A stretch of 64,000 bases of DNA, from contig OZ316896.1 in assembly GCA_973895155.1 (NCBI GenBank), forward strand, positions 2,852,001-2,916,000, given 5' to 3'. The notes beneath the pieces are model-generated. The model was not told the origin of the DNA and did not search any database. It saw nothing but the letters and a program-made list of their open reading frames with translations. This stretch comes from Marsupella aquatica (Eukaryota; Plantae; Marchantiophyta). This document shows, one piece after another, positions 23,925 through 37,259 of the stretch. Made by a program: the position numbers and the translations under genes. How positions within the stretch are numbered: position 1 is the stretch's first letter; every line of letters begins with the position of its first letter.

Positions 23925-26452
23925 GTGGGGTTTTTGGTTTGTTCGTTCTGTTCTTGGATGGACGGGACTTGGACGGCGTTCATTCACTTGGGTGAGTGAG
24001 TTTACGAGGAGTTTCCGTTTCCCTCGGTTCCGTTCAGCCATTTTCATTTTTTCGTTTTTGGAAAGGAGTTTGAGTGGATGAAGAAAGTCCAGTAGTGCCA
24101 ACAACTTGTCACTATTTGTCACAAACAACTTGGATTTAGGGTCTCTAGACAGATTCCCAGTTGTGACCCTTAGGGTTTATTCTAGAGCTTTACGAGGCTT
24201 TTCAGCTTACCACCCACTAGGGCTTTTACTTTGTTGTTTGTTTCTTTGTTTTTTTTTTGTGAGATACCCCTTCACTTGTTGGGCCTCTTTGGTCTTCCTG
24301 GAGTCTTTCCTTGCCCCCCCCCCCCCTTTATTGGGTTCTTTTGCCCTTGGGATCATGTCTCCCAGTTTGGCATTCCTGTCTTTTTGGCAGTGGGATATAT
24401 ACTTGTGTATTCAGTTTGGAAGCATAGATCTCAACTTAAATAGTATCTTTCATTTCTATGCATGGTTGCACTTTTGGGGCTCAAAACTACTACTGTAGGT
24501 CTTGCCTTTTGGGTTTGTTTGTTCTGCTTTTGCATGGATGGGAATTGGAGAGCATTAATTCACATCTGTGAGTAAGTGTATGAGGAGTTTCCGTTTCCAT
24601 CAGTTCTGTTCAGCCATTTCATTTTTTCAAAAGGAGTTTGAGTGGATGAAGAAAAGTCCCGTACTAACCACAACTTGTCACAAACAACTTGGGTATTCAG
24701 TTTTCAAGCATTTATCTCAACTTAAAGAGTGCCTTTCATTTCTATGAGTGGTCACACTTGTGGGGCTCGCAAATTGCTATTGTATCTTGCGCTTTTGGTT
24801 TGTTCATTCTGTTATTGGATGGACGGGAATTGGATGACGCTCATTCCTGTCCAGAGGGAAAGGGAACGGAGTTTGAGTGGATGAATAAAAGTAATGTATG
24901 GACCACAACTTGTCACACAACTTGGATATTCAGTTTTCAAGCATCACTTTCAATTTATATAGTATCTTTCATTCGTATGATTGGTCACACTTTGGGGGCT
25001 CAAAATTGCTAGTTCTATTTGGAATTTGTGGCTTGTTTGTTCTGGTTTTGGATGGATGGGAATTGGAGAGAGTTCATGGACATGGGTGATTGAGAATAGC
25101 ACGGGAGAGATTTCCATCAATTTCTCTCAGCCAATAAAAAAACTTTTGGGAATGGAGTTGATCGGCTGAAAGAAAGCTTGGATGGACAACCGCTTTTCAC
25201 AAACAACTTGGATGGATTGTTTTCAAGCATTGCATGAAACTCTCAAATAATATATTCACACTTTTGGGGTTGGAAAGTTGCTAGGTCATTGAAGTTTTTG
25301 GTTTGTTTGTTTTGTTCTTGGATGGAAGGGAATCAGAGAGCATTCATTCACATGGTGGGTGAGGATAGCACTGTAGGAATTTCAGTCAATTCTGTTCAGC
25401 CAAAAAGTAAATTGGGGGGGGGGGGGCAGGGAGGGGTTTGAGTGACTGGGAAAAAGCCCTGATGGACTGCAACTTTTCACAAACAACTTGGATGGGCTGT
25501 TTTCCAGCATTGCTTGAAACCCAAATAGTATGTTTGCTCTGTATAATTAGTTTATGTGTTTTGGGACTCAAAAGTTGCTAGGTTCATCTTGAGTTTTGAG
25601 TTTGTTCATTCTGCTTTTGGGTGGAGAATGGACAACATTTATTCACATGGGTCAGTGACAGTATAGCACCAGAGGAGTTTCCATCGGTTTTATTCAACCA
25701 TTCAAGAACAACTCTTATGTTGGGAAAGAAGTTTAAGGCTGAGAAAAAGCCTGATGGCTACAACTTTTCACTCAAACCTTGGATGGGCTCTTTTCAAAGA
25801 TTGCTTTAAAATCGAATAGCATCTTTCCCTTGTACAAATTGTCACACTTTTGCACCTCAAAGTTGCTAGGTCCATCTGAGTTTGCATGTTACACATTGTG
25901 GTCCATCCAAGCCTCTCCTTCATGAGTGGGGACTTGGCTCCTTCCCTGGGATTCAAGAACAACTCTTATGTTGGGAAAGAAGTTTAAGGTTGAGAAAAAG
26001 CCTGATGGCTACAACTTTTCACTCAAACCTTGGATGGGCTCTTTTCAAAGATTGCTTTAAAATCGAATAGCATCTTTCCCTTGTACAAATTGTCACACTT
26101 TTGCACCTCAAAGTTGCTAGGTCCATCTGAGTTTGCACGTTACACATTGTGGTCCATCCAAGCCTCTCCTTCATGAGTGGGGACTTGGCTCCTTCCCTGG
26201 GATTCAAGAACAACTCTTATGTTGGGAAAGAAGTTTAAGGCTGAGAAAAAGCCTGATGGCTACAACTTTTCACTCAAACCTTGGATGGGCTCTTTTCAAA
26301 GATTGCTTTAAAATCGAATAGCATCTTTCCCTTGTACAAATTGTCACACTTTTGCACCTCAAAGTTGCTAGGTCCATCTGAGTTTGCACGTTACACATTG
26401 TGGTCCATCCAAGCCTCTCCTTCATGAGTGGGGACTTGGCTCCTTCCCTGGG
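23925..26452. repeat. Satellite-like array of ~240-250-bp units upstream of CCT4; last three units (25700-26452, period 251 bp) nearly identical
   Basis: Recurring ttttggtttgttc.ttctg, gagtttgagtggatgaa, cacaaacaacttgga and caaaagttgctagg; attcaagaacaactc at 25700, 25951 and 26202. Confidence 0.9.
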
Positions 26453-26822
26453 AACTACTGTACTTTCTATCATGAAAGAATGACTGAGGCACGTGAGCAT
26501 TTGACTTCTCTCGAGGTTAACCATGGATCTGACAACTAAACTCTCTCAACTAACTTCTCAATTAGATTAAGGATTTGGCAAATGAAGAGGAAGAAACTTG
26601 TTTGGTTCCTTTGTAGGAAAAATGCTGTGGTGAAATAATATCTTGGTGAACTCAATATAAATTCAAGTGAAGTGTCCATGTGCCACATCCTTAGTAAGAT
26701 ACACTCAGGCAAACATCAGGCATAGAAAAGAGCTCCTTTAAGCTGTTTCATGGAAGCCCCATTGAATAAAGCATCAATTGCTTGAATGAACCATTGATAG
26801 CCAAAGATGGTAGATACCTTAG

Positions 26823-26980
26823 GTGCTTTGTTGCACCATTGCTTGCCCATCCTTAATAAATTCTTTGCTGATTTGAAAGACTAGCCACATTACCCATGCG
26901 TTGTGCTTTGTTGCACCATTGCTTGCCTATCCTTAATAAATTATTTGCTGATTTGAAAGACTAGCCACATTACCCATGCG
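26823..26980. repeat. 80-bp tandem duplication
   Basis: gtgctttgttgcaccattgcttgcc...gactagccacattacccatgcg x2. Confidence 0.9.
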
Positions 26981-27413
26981 CGTGCACAGGAAGTTAGGGC
27001 TCCTTGAACCCAGACTCTTCCGAGGACTTCCCATGTGCGTCACTGCTTGCAAACATGGAATAAGCTTTCAGGGTCTCCAATCTCCATCCTCCCTTGCCAT
27101 TCCCTACCATGCCTTGCTATGGCAGCTTGTGAGGCCCTCGGGGCCCTACCAGTGGAACTCGACCAGAGTTAACAATATTTGACTCTGAAGTGGGACAATA
27201 TTCAGGGAGAGGCCATGCCTGTCACACACAGTAGTGTTACCCAGAAAGAACATATGATTGAACAAAGTGAGACGGGACGTCTGGTCTTGGCCTCCCCTCC
27301 CCTCCTTGGCCAGCCCTTATGTGGGCGGGAAAGTGACAAGTTTGCCTGGCCCACTTTCTCTCCTCAATTACATACATTCTGGCTGCAAACAGGCATATGA
27401 CAGGCATATATGC

Positions 27414-27790
27414 ATTTTTTTTGCCTCAAAAAAACCAATTGAATTCCATTAAAAAAGCCAGCATACAACATGGGTGGCCCACAAGAGGGGGTCGGCACCC
27501 AGAGGGACCAGAGGTTCAAAACCTAAAGGACCAAGGAAGCTCGGACCAAGAGAGAAGTAGGCCCCAAGGAAGGAAGCCAAACAAGAAATTTAAACATCGC
27601 AGAAGGGGCAGCACTAACCCTGGAAGACTGGCCATTGGCCAGGTGCCGACGTGGCACCCAACAGTGGTTCTGTGATAGACAAAGTTATTCGTCTAGCCTG
27701 CAATATAACTTCTACCCCTGTAAAGTAAAAACCTTTAAGGGGTCCAGGGGAACCGGTGAGATCTGTAAGATGTACTCATGGATTTTCCAT
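27414..27790 (-). mobile_element. LINE 3' end with A-tail
   Basis: ttttttttgcctcaaaaaaaccaattgaattccatt...catacaaca..gtggcccacaagaggggg, homologous to the 9413 and 13409 copies. Confidence 0.7.
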
Positions 27791-28989
27791 ATAGCATACT
27801 CATCCTGGAACATGAAAAGTTATTTTGTCCTCTAGCAAAAAGTTTAAGTTTTTTAGTGAAATACAGGCATTCTAATGTTTTTGTGGCAAATATAAATAGG
27901 ACATTGATTAGGAAGCCTCACATTGAAAAGTTGTTCACATAAGGTACAAGAATAAAAGTACACATATAAAGAAAAGTAACAATGAACAGGAAAAATTTAA
28001 ATCTATGGTATTGGGTTCTGCACATAATATACACCAGTAAAGATACTTATGTACTTATCTTAGATAATGATACTCAAATGAATTAAAACCATAAATTTAG
28101 GACACAAAAACATGAGTAGAACTTAAAGACATGAGGAGTGCACTTTAATTAGATCATTTCTTCTTCACTAAGGGCTAGAACTTCCGTGAGCTTTGTTAAA
28201 GGGTGGATAATCAAAAGTATAGCAAAGATTGAAAAATTTAGAGGGGTGCCAGATTAAATTCAGTAAGACACATTGAATTAAAATACACAAGAAAATAAGT
28301 TTGAATAAGACAAAATCAAAAGTATAGCAAAGATTGAAAAATTTAGAGGGGTGCCAGATTAAATTCAAAATCTAAAGTATACAAGGGATGCACCTTGGTA
28401 AGACACATTGAATTAAAATACACAAGAAAATAAGTTTGAATAAGACAAAATACTGGAAGATGGATTTTCCATATAGCATGCTCATCCTGGAACATGCTTG
28501 CTTATTTGTCTTGTAGTGATTCTCTTTCAACGAGAGGTAGAATACTTTCTCACTTTGAAAAAGACAATTACATTAACTATTGTACAGTGGGTACAATATT
28601 AGTCGAAAGAGAAATACGTGAACTTTTTTAACCTTTAATTTTGAGCTGTATTTTTAGGGGCTCTTTAGTCAGGTGACGCTGATGTATAAACCATAAGTAT
28701 TGTAAAGTTATCAACCAATGGGGATATAAGCTACAGTCCATCCATTGAGCCTTGTGAGAGTCTCTCCTTCTCAGAAATAAGGACAAATTGTGAGCATAGC
28801 CAAAGTAGAGTCTTAATAAGGTAACATTTACTCTAAAGTACCTCATTGAAATTAAGGCATTTAAAAAATTAAGGGGGTTAGAAGAAATTACTAAATTTGA
28901 AACAATACAAAACAAAAGCCTAGACTAGGTTAAATGCATATAAAAATACATGACAAGCAACATGAATAAGACAAGACAACCAAAAGGTA

Positions 28990-29930
28990 TTCTGCCATAT
29001 AGCAGCCTTGGAAGTACTTCTGGGAACCTGTAAGATGTCCTCATGGATTTCCCATATTGTAGCCCAAGATCCATAGTTGAAGGTCATGTCATTGAGAGCA
29101 GCCCCGTACATGGATTTGCCAGTTTTTATTTTGAACTAATGTCTGGTCCAATCCTTACGTAAGTAAATTACCAGCCGGTGCCAGGATTTTGATCGACCAC
29201 TTGAGCATTAGATTTGGTAACTATGCTCAATGAAATGTGAGTTCTTGTCCTTCCACATATTCCAGTAAACATTAGGTCTCAATGTGTGCCAAAGTTTACC
29301 TGCTCTGTCCCAAACATTTGGGAGTGCATCCCCCACCAAAATGTGAGCCGGCTGAAGTACTATTATGTCATTCCCTGTGGACTTTGTGCGCTGCAAGACA
29401 AATTGAACCCAACCCTAGATCGATAATGTGATTGAGCAGCCCTACATGCAATGGATGAGGTCCTCATATTGGTCAAGATCACATCGTCTACACCAGGCAA
29501 GGGGGTTGGATGATGGTATTTTTGGGAACCCCCAATGTTGGGTAGCTAGGATCCTGTACATAAGTTGCCAAAGCAAACAGTTTTCCGACGCTGCCCTGTA
29601 TGGAAGCCAAGTGTTGGCCCACAACAACCTGAGATCGTCCGGTTTAGTTGCATGGCCCACTTCTGCACAACCTTATGCACGGCTGCCCCAAGAGGGCCCT
29701 GGATTTCACAGAGGTGCGCTGTGTTAGTTTCCATCAAAGGGGTTTCATCCTTCCATTGATATTGCATCAGGACAACCAACTCATTGATGGGTCTTCCAAT
29801 TCTTGAAATGGTGGTCGATGTAGCTGTGTGTGACCTGACCACTACCCTGTACAGCAAGGTACCCGGTGTGGGGGGGAGGGGGAGGCACTTCTGATGAGAG
29901 TGTATAACTATCATTCATTTGTTTCTACTT
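28990..29930 (-). mobile_element. Decayed LINE ORF2 C-terminal region (zf-RVT-like)
   Basis: LLWQLMYRILATQHW...WCRRCDLDQYEDLIHC (zinc-binding CxxC...H) and LWHTLRPNVYWNMWKDKNSHF. Confidence 0.75.
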
Positions 29931-30349
29931 GCACAGCTTCACATGTCGTGTCAACAATAATACACAACACACATACATAAACATATGTACTTTCTGTACG
30001 AAATGCAGGTTATTGGTGTGTGACCATTTTTGGAGGTACCTATTATTCCCATAATCTCTTGCCTGGAATTAAACTTTTTTTCGGACAACAATTACATATT
30101 GTGATGCCTAGACCCTGCTCCAAGAAAGCTCAGAAAAGTTCTCAGATGCCTTTGGTCAAGTGTTCTTCAGTTTCTGGTCACCAGTTTACAAATCCAAGAC
30201 AAGACAAGACCACCATTATCCTATACATACATACTGTACTGCCACCTGACTTTGCCTTCACAAAACATGTAATTTAGTGACTTCTAACATTTTGCTCTAC
30301 CTGATACAGGCCCCGATGGCAGTGAGCATGAATTGTTGGAGTGAGAATA

Positions 30350-30969
30350 AAGTTTTTCGTAAAAGCACACTTAGGGGGTGAGTTCACGGGGTGAAAAGCA
30401 GGTTTATGATTTACACAGGGTGAGTTAGCCTTTGACAGCGGTACTCAAATACACCAGAGTAAAATCCAGGGTGAAAACGGGAAAATGATTTTCGGGGTTG
30501 GCGCGCAAACCCTAAGTCACCCTGTAATCTTCATGTGGGCAGCCACGTTGAGCTTTGGAAAGGGAGAGCAGCAACACCATGTTGAGGTCGTGGAGAGGGA
30601 GAGTGCATCGTCAAGCTTGGAGAGGGAGAGTCCAAGGTCTTTCACTAGCAGGGGTGCAACTAGCAGTGGACAGCAGCGATTAGAGCTTTGTGTGGGCAGC
30701 GATTTCGATCAGCAACAGCAGCGATTAGAGCAACAATAGCAGCGATTTAGATCAGCGATTACAGCAGTGAGTAGCGAGCAGTGTCAGAAATGCTCACACT
30801 GTGGAAAGTGTGAGGGGATGTCAGAAATGCTCACGGATCATTAGCTATAGGATTTCACCTTGAGTTTTGACAAAAATGCCTTTCTATGCTCTACTTTCAC
30901 GGTAACTACTCTTTTAAAATTACAGGGTGAGTGGCCCATCTTTTCATGGGCTGCTTTTACGGAAAACTC
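30350..30969. mobile_element. Candidate non-autonomous TIR element (~620 bp) with TA target duplication
   Basis: Left aagtttttcgtaaaagca vs right tgcttttacggaaaactc (reverse complement gagttttccgtaaaagca); TA at 30348-30349 and 30970-30971; internal (cagcagcgattaga)n. Confidence 0.5.
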
Positions 30970-31096
30970 TAATGTATTTCAATGTTTTGCTCTAAATATA
31001 TTTTCCTCACAACGACCAAAAGAATTAATTTATGATGAGTGAAGATTGGGAAACATAAAAAAACAAAATGGGCATTAAGGCAACACAAAAATTATG

Positions 31097-31337
31097 ACAC
31101 TTTGCTCACTTGAGGTGCGCAGTGAAATGGAAGTAGACACTTTGCTCACTTGAGGTGCGCAGTGAAATGGAAGTAGAGTATGGTCTTCTTCCAGTACATC
31201 CTGTCACCATACCCGTGTAAAAATGCATCACAAAAATTTCGACACTTTGCTCACTTGAGGTGCGCGTAGTGAAATGGAAGTAGAGTATGGTGTTCGTCCA
31301 GTACAGCCTGTCACCATACCCGTGTAAAAATGCATCA
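31097..31337. repeat. Nested tandem duplications
   Basis: gacactttgctcacttgaggtgcgc..gtgaaatggaagtaga x3; ctgtcaccatacccgtgtaaaaatgcatcac x2. Confidence 0.9.
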
Positions 31338-33535
31338 CACCACCACGTGCAGTGTAAATGTACAGTAGGGAGGTATGACAGTGGAGGGACAGACCGACTC
31401 AGCATAGGACAGAATTATTTATTCAAGAAATTCAACTGGGGTTGGATGGATTGGGTTAATCTCGGGGAAATCGAGTGCGTGGCTTGTGGGGATTGGGCGG
31501 TTATGGAGCGAATACAAGAAAAGGAAAGGAAAAAGAAAAGCGAATGGGGGTGGGGTGGGGGGGCGCGGTGCGTGGCGGGGGTGGAGTCTGGATGGGATGG
31601 GGTACATGTCGCGGAGCGGTAGATTTGCCGGCGAACTTCAAATTTGAATGCGGGGTTTGAAAGTGTTGGCAAGGGAAAGAGTAAAGGTGCGCTTCTTGGG
31701 GCAGAATTACCGGAATCGCCGGTGACCCGGGGGAGCAGGCAGTCCCGGTCATCCGGTCACCAGGTCACCCGGTCACCTTTGCCGCTCACGTTGCAGCAAA
31801 CCCTTGCCGTGCCTCTCGTCCCTCTTCGCTTCCCTCCTCTCGCCATCTCCACTCTCTTGGCTCCTTCCCTCCTCGCCTTCCTTGCCTTCTCGCCTTGTGT
31901 GTTGAGACGCTCGCTCTGTGTTCCGCTTCCTTCCTTCCTTCCTTGCTTGCTTGTGTTGTTGCTCTCGCTCACGCCGTGTGTTGTGCCTGAGTTGCTTTGT
32001 TCACGTCTGTGTTCGCGTGTTCGTTCTCGTGTTCGTTCCTTCGGCTTTGTCTGCGAGGACCGGGCTTTCTTGTGTTGTGTGTGTGTAGTAGTGTGGTAAC
32101 ATACACACACACCCGGAGCGAAGTCGAGAACTCGTCTTCGGGTCCGTTGGTACTTGGTAGGCTCTTGCTACCTCGCTCGCACTCCGCCTGCAGTTGGAGG
32201 TGGCGAGGCGGTGGCCCGCTCGCGATCGCTCGTCTCTCGACGCGACGTCTCTGTTTTTGCAGTTGAGTGTCTATCGGGAAGTGAGTACAGTTTCTTGCCT
32301 TCACTTGTGTGCGTCCTCTCATCTCGGAAATTTTTGGCGCCGGTGCAATATCGAGGCCTCAGTGTGACGACGGCATTTTTGTAAGCGGGGACTCGCAAGG
32401 TGAGTTGTTCTCTGCCTTCTCACGTATTCTCTCTGTTGTTTTTCTTCTTCAGGTTCTTACTACGGCTAGCTTCTTGTGATTCGACTCGGTCGTCATGGTC
32501 GTTGTGACGTGTTTTCACTGTTGTTCTTTGTAGTTCGCGTGCAGATATTGACCTCTAAATTTTCTGAGTCGCGTCAATGGCTTGATAATGGTTTGCTAAT
32601 TATTATTCGATAACTACTTCGGACTAGTATTGTTGGATATGCATTTGTTTTGGTTTCTATGTTCATTGTTCCAATTTGACGTTGTGTCTAGTCTATACAC
32701 ATGGCATAGTTGTTTGTAGTTTGTTACTGCATTTCGTGGTTTTAGCTTTAATTGTCATAGTTGTAGCTCGTCCTTCTTTTGTTCTTGTTCAATTTCCCAG
32801 TCCTGCGTAAACCAGTACAAGACCAGTTGGACTGGAAGAAACACTGGTATGAGTAGTTTGGCGACCTCGCTGTTGCGCTTTTGTGTGTGATGTGTGATAC
32901 GCTAAGTTTGGAAGTCTTCAAACTCTGCGTTGGACGTACGTCGTAACTCTTTTGCGCTCATAGTCTCTTGTTCTCCATGAGAGAGAAAGGAGGCAGTTAG
33001 CTAGCTTGGTAGTAATATCCGATCAAATTTGTCTTGGGTACGCTGTCTTGACACACCCTTCCCTCTCTTACTTTCCTATACGAAAGGTAGCATTGTTGCA
33101 ATATATCCGACGCAGTTGTTGACGAACAACCCGAGGGAACGGGTCCATTATTTGTCTGTAAATATATTTTAACATTGTAGCTTGCTTTTATTAGTTTGCA
33201 TGCCTGAGCACTGATCGTCTTCGAAGGAACCCCGCGGACACTACTACATGTCAAGAGGAGACCTTTTACCTCCGTGATCTTGAGTTGTGGCTGGTCAAGC
33301 ACAAAGCTTGATATATACATTTCTCGTTATGTAATGAAGTGTGAGGAGTGTTAGTTTGAGAATTCGTTCCCAAGGCTGTCTTGGCATGCTGTAGTTCCGA
33401 GCTCATTTTTCAATTGACGGTGTTGTCCATCTGACTAACACGGCCAGTTTTATTAATGCTTCACCGTCCTTAATGTCTAGCTCTTCCGTTATGTCGTGGA
33501 TTTCAGGGATCTAGACCGTACATCTGTTTCTCACA

Positions 33536-34803
33536 ATGAAGGATACCAAAGCAAAGAAAGTGGCTACGACAAGAGTTGCCAAGGATAAGACGCGCAAGGT
33601 GGAGGAGAAGTAAGTTCATGCCACAGTTCTGCACTCATTTCAATTGTTTTCTTCGGACTTTCATCTTTCGAGTTTGATATTCTGTATTTGACAATTGTTT
33701 TCCAAACTCAGAGATATCAAGAAGAGGAAAGCTGTCGTGAAGGAGGCCACGCCAAAGAAGACCAGAAAATCGAAGAAGGCCACCAAGGCTGCGAAGGACC
33801 CTAATCAGCCGAAGAGGCCACCTACTCCCTTCTTCATCTTCCTGTAAGTTTACTTTCCCGTGATTATGGAATCTTTTGGACGACAAATCTCTCTTAATGT
33901 CGGCTTACTTTCCTCCCGAATGTTTTCTACTCATGTGTTTCCATTAAGAATCTATCGATTAGAATGCGTGTATTCTTCCTCGCATGTTTTCTCATATCCT
34001 TTTTTACGGATTGCTTGTTCCAATCATGAAATGCTTCTTCCTCCAGGGAGCAGTTCCGGAAGACATTCAAGGAAGATCACCCCGAGGCCAAGGGTGTGGC
34101 TGTGGTACGTATTTTTTGGTTGGAGAGGATCAGCCGTCGTTATTTCCCTGGAGCGTTATCTGCCTGGTGGCTGTTGGCTGCCGTCTGCAACCTCTCCGCC
34201 TTTCTTACATTATTTGACCTCTTGCCTTATCTTACCTGCAGGTTGGCAAGGCTGGTGGAGAGAAATGGAAGGAAATGACTGATTTTGTGAGTCTTTGTTC
34301 ACCATCTTATGGCTGATCGTCGTGTTGTATTACGTCCTGGACAGCAACTGATTTTGCGTTCGATCTGCTGATATTGAAAATCCTCTTCGGCCTTGTAGGA
34401 GAAAGCTCCCTTCATCACTAAGGCTCAACAAAGGAAGGTAGACTATGAAAGGGATCTTGCGGCGTACAACAAGCAGAAGCAGGTTGGATTCTCCTCGATG
34501 TCGTGTGTTTTTTGTCATCTCTGTTGTCCATCTGGAAGTTTGCTGATGTTCCATTTGAAGAATTGATTGATTTCCTCTCCGTCACTGCAGGATGACGAGG
34601 ACGATGAGGGTACTCCGGAGGAATCAGACAAGTCTAAGTCTGAGATCAATGACGAAGATGAGGAAAGCGCTGAGGTATTTCCTGCTTTGAACATGTTGGT
34701 AGAGGCGATATTTTAAAGACTGAATAGAGAATCGTAGTAGTGTATGGATATCCCGTGAACACCATTTTTATTTTCTCAGGAGGAAGAGGAGGAGGAGGAC
34801 TAG
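33536..34803 (+). CDS. HMGB: Plant HMGB chromatin protein (basic N-terminus, one HMG box, acidic tail), 7 coding exons, 166 aa
   Basis: Exons 33536-33609, 33712-33843, 34047-34104, 34242-34286, 34399-34482, 34591-34674, 34780-34803 (501 nt, GT-AG); [29 protein letters not shown]...GKAGGEKWKEM...EESDKSKSEIND; probable 5'-UTR intron 32400-33506 after a CT-rich leader. Confidence 0.95.
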
Positions 34804-35844
34804 CACTACAATTTCCATTGACGAATGTGTGGAGGAGGACGAGGACTAGTACTACAATCTCCATTGACAAATGTCTGATGCTAGGTGATTGACCATCTCT
34901 TTCCAACTAATCGTACAAATCTCGTTTCTTTGGATGTTAGGTGATTGACCATCTCCGCATCTGTCGCGTTTTTTTTGAGTCTGAATATTTGTTTTCGTTA
35001 GCTTTTACCGTTAAGATTTGAAGTTGTGCCGATACTCATTCTCTAGACACTTTTTGGTACATTTCAGGATAAGTGGGGAGAGAAGCAGTTTTCACTGGAG
35101 TTGGCAGAGCAGCTCGTTTTGTAAATGCATTTCAGTCCAAGTGTGGTAGAAAGTATTGGAAGTAGGAAATTGTTAGACTTAGGTGTAGCTAAGGCATTGT
35201 ACATTAGGAGTAGCAGCAGTGTTGACACTAGGTAAGCAGCCTTGATAAACATGTATCGTGCTCAATATGTCATGCCCTATGAGTGGGAAGACATCCCAAA
35301 TTCATCCTTAGGTCATAATCTATTGAACATGTTCATGCCTTCAGTGGCTTTCTTGGGAATGCGTGTGTTTTTCTCGTTCTCCACATCAATACAGGTGTTG
35401 TTGTCTATTTGAATTTCAATTTCCGTGGAGCTACGTCCAATTTCCGTTTGCTTTTGAGTTGTTTCTCGAGGAGGTCAAAATTGGACTGAAAACATTTTAC
35501 CTATGGAATCCCCACGTCGACTCTCAAACAGTTCATTTTTTTGTTGGATATCTATTGCAAATTTTGATCTCAACTTTCTCTGTTATAATCCTAAGCAACT
35601 TGTGGTACTGGTATCTGTGTTTATTGAGTATGTTGCTGAAGGTGATTTCTTCTTCTCACGTATATGACCGATGCTCCTGAGTATTGATGAGATCAGTCGA
35701 AAAAACTTTAGATTTGGAGATGGTTGTTTGGGGATGAACCTGAGTTGCCTGTTGAGGCAAAGAAACAGAATATGAACACGATCAAACTTGGAGATCCCAA
35801 GTTTGAGATGGCCAAGTATGAGAGATTTACAAATAATCTCTTGT

Positions 35845-36375
35845 GGGAGAAGGGTGACACGACCATCATTGGTGATGACATTGCCATTAGCTTAGGAGAG
35901 CAATTTGTCCCAACCCTTCGGCCCCAACCTAGTCCGCATGGTGTCGGCAATAGCATTGGCCATTGCAATGTTGGCCATTTTATTGTCATCCTTGTGCTTG
36001 TTGGTCTACACACGCCTGTCAGTCTTTGCCCTTCCTTCTCCTTGAACCCCTGGCATCTTTCCTCTCTTCTTCCTGTTGAAAATCGGCTGCACTTAAATCT
36101 GAATCAAAAGCTTTCTTGTCTCTCTTTTCTCCTTTCTCATTATTTCAATCCCGCAGACTAAATCCCTTCCTGTTCATTTCAAAATGTAGCGGCCCTTCCG
36201 GAATGGCCACGGCTACAACGTCGCAGGTTTTCTCCCTCTGCGTGTGGGCGAGGGAAACTGCAAAACACACTTCAGTGTCGTGCAATGACAGCAACTTCTG
36301 GAGAGCAGTGGGAACCTAATAAAGCGAACTTCCTTTCGAGTGGAGAGTGGGAGTTTTGGTTTGTTCTATCTGTTT
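35845..36375 (-). pseudogene. Decayed duplicate of CCT4 exon 1, 5' UTR and proximal promoter
   Basis: From ATG at 36056: [63 protein letters not shown]; upstream blocks ttcaatcccgcagactaaa, aatgtagcggcccttccg and aagcgaacttcct.tcgagtggagagtggg match 23692-23945. Confidence 0.92.
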
Positions 36376-37259
36376 GTTCGAGGCACAAAGGCTATTTGTG
36401 TGACGAGAGTAGGGAAGAGTCGAAATTCTTTCCAAGACGGCACTTGTGATGTGAGACTGGGATTGGGCTCAAGTAAACCCTAGAAGTTTTTCAAAAAAGT
36501 CCCAAGGTTTCTACAGTCTTTCCTAGTTTTGATTTTCATTCTTTCAAAAGTCAGTTTGAATTTCTCATAGTTTTGCAGTAATGACAGAAAATATTCCTTC
36601 AAAAATTAAAAAAATAAACATCTAAGCAGCGAATGTTTGTACCTTTATGTTTTGGGGATATATTTACAAATTTATGAAAAGAAATTTGAAAGTGGTGTTT
36701 TCATTGTAACTAACTCTCTGTACATTAGAGACGAAATGAAGAAGCCATGGAACACACGGGGTTGTAAACAGAATATTTCTAGTTTGGTAGAGATATAGGC
36801 ATCTTTATCCAATTACTTGAAGAAATACATTTTCCTAAAGATATATATTAATAAGAATGAGAAATGAAGTAATTGAAGGGAATATTAATATATGTAAAAT
36901 ATTTATAGTTAGTATATTTCCCAAACAAAAGCCCAGATGAACCAAGACATTGTCCCAACCCATCCCCATGGGCTGGTAAAGCAATTGTAGTTTCTACACA
37001 AGGGAAAAAAAAGAAGCTGCTTGCGAATTGCAGTTGACAACTTTAACTACCTTAGGGGGAAAGTAATCAAGATGTCACGGTGATTCTGAGTAATGGTATG
37101 ATGTCTTGACGTCTTTCAGGCTCAAGATAGTAAAGTCATCAAGTTACGGAGGCAACCGGGTTGATAATATAATTGAAACTGCCTGCAAACGGTATGGATA
37201 CCGTTTATAGGTCACATTTTAGTGAAATGTATAATCAGTGTTCTCAGAGCTCTTAACTT

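Noticed and set aside
25768-26524. Three repeated small ORFs on each strand
   Set aside because: By-products of the 251-bp tandem repeat, with no coding signature
31415-32398. Multiple 76-151-aa ORFs
   Set aside because: Low-complexity G-rich and CT-rich promoter/leader sequence of HMGB, mostly with non-ATG starts
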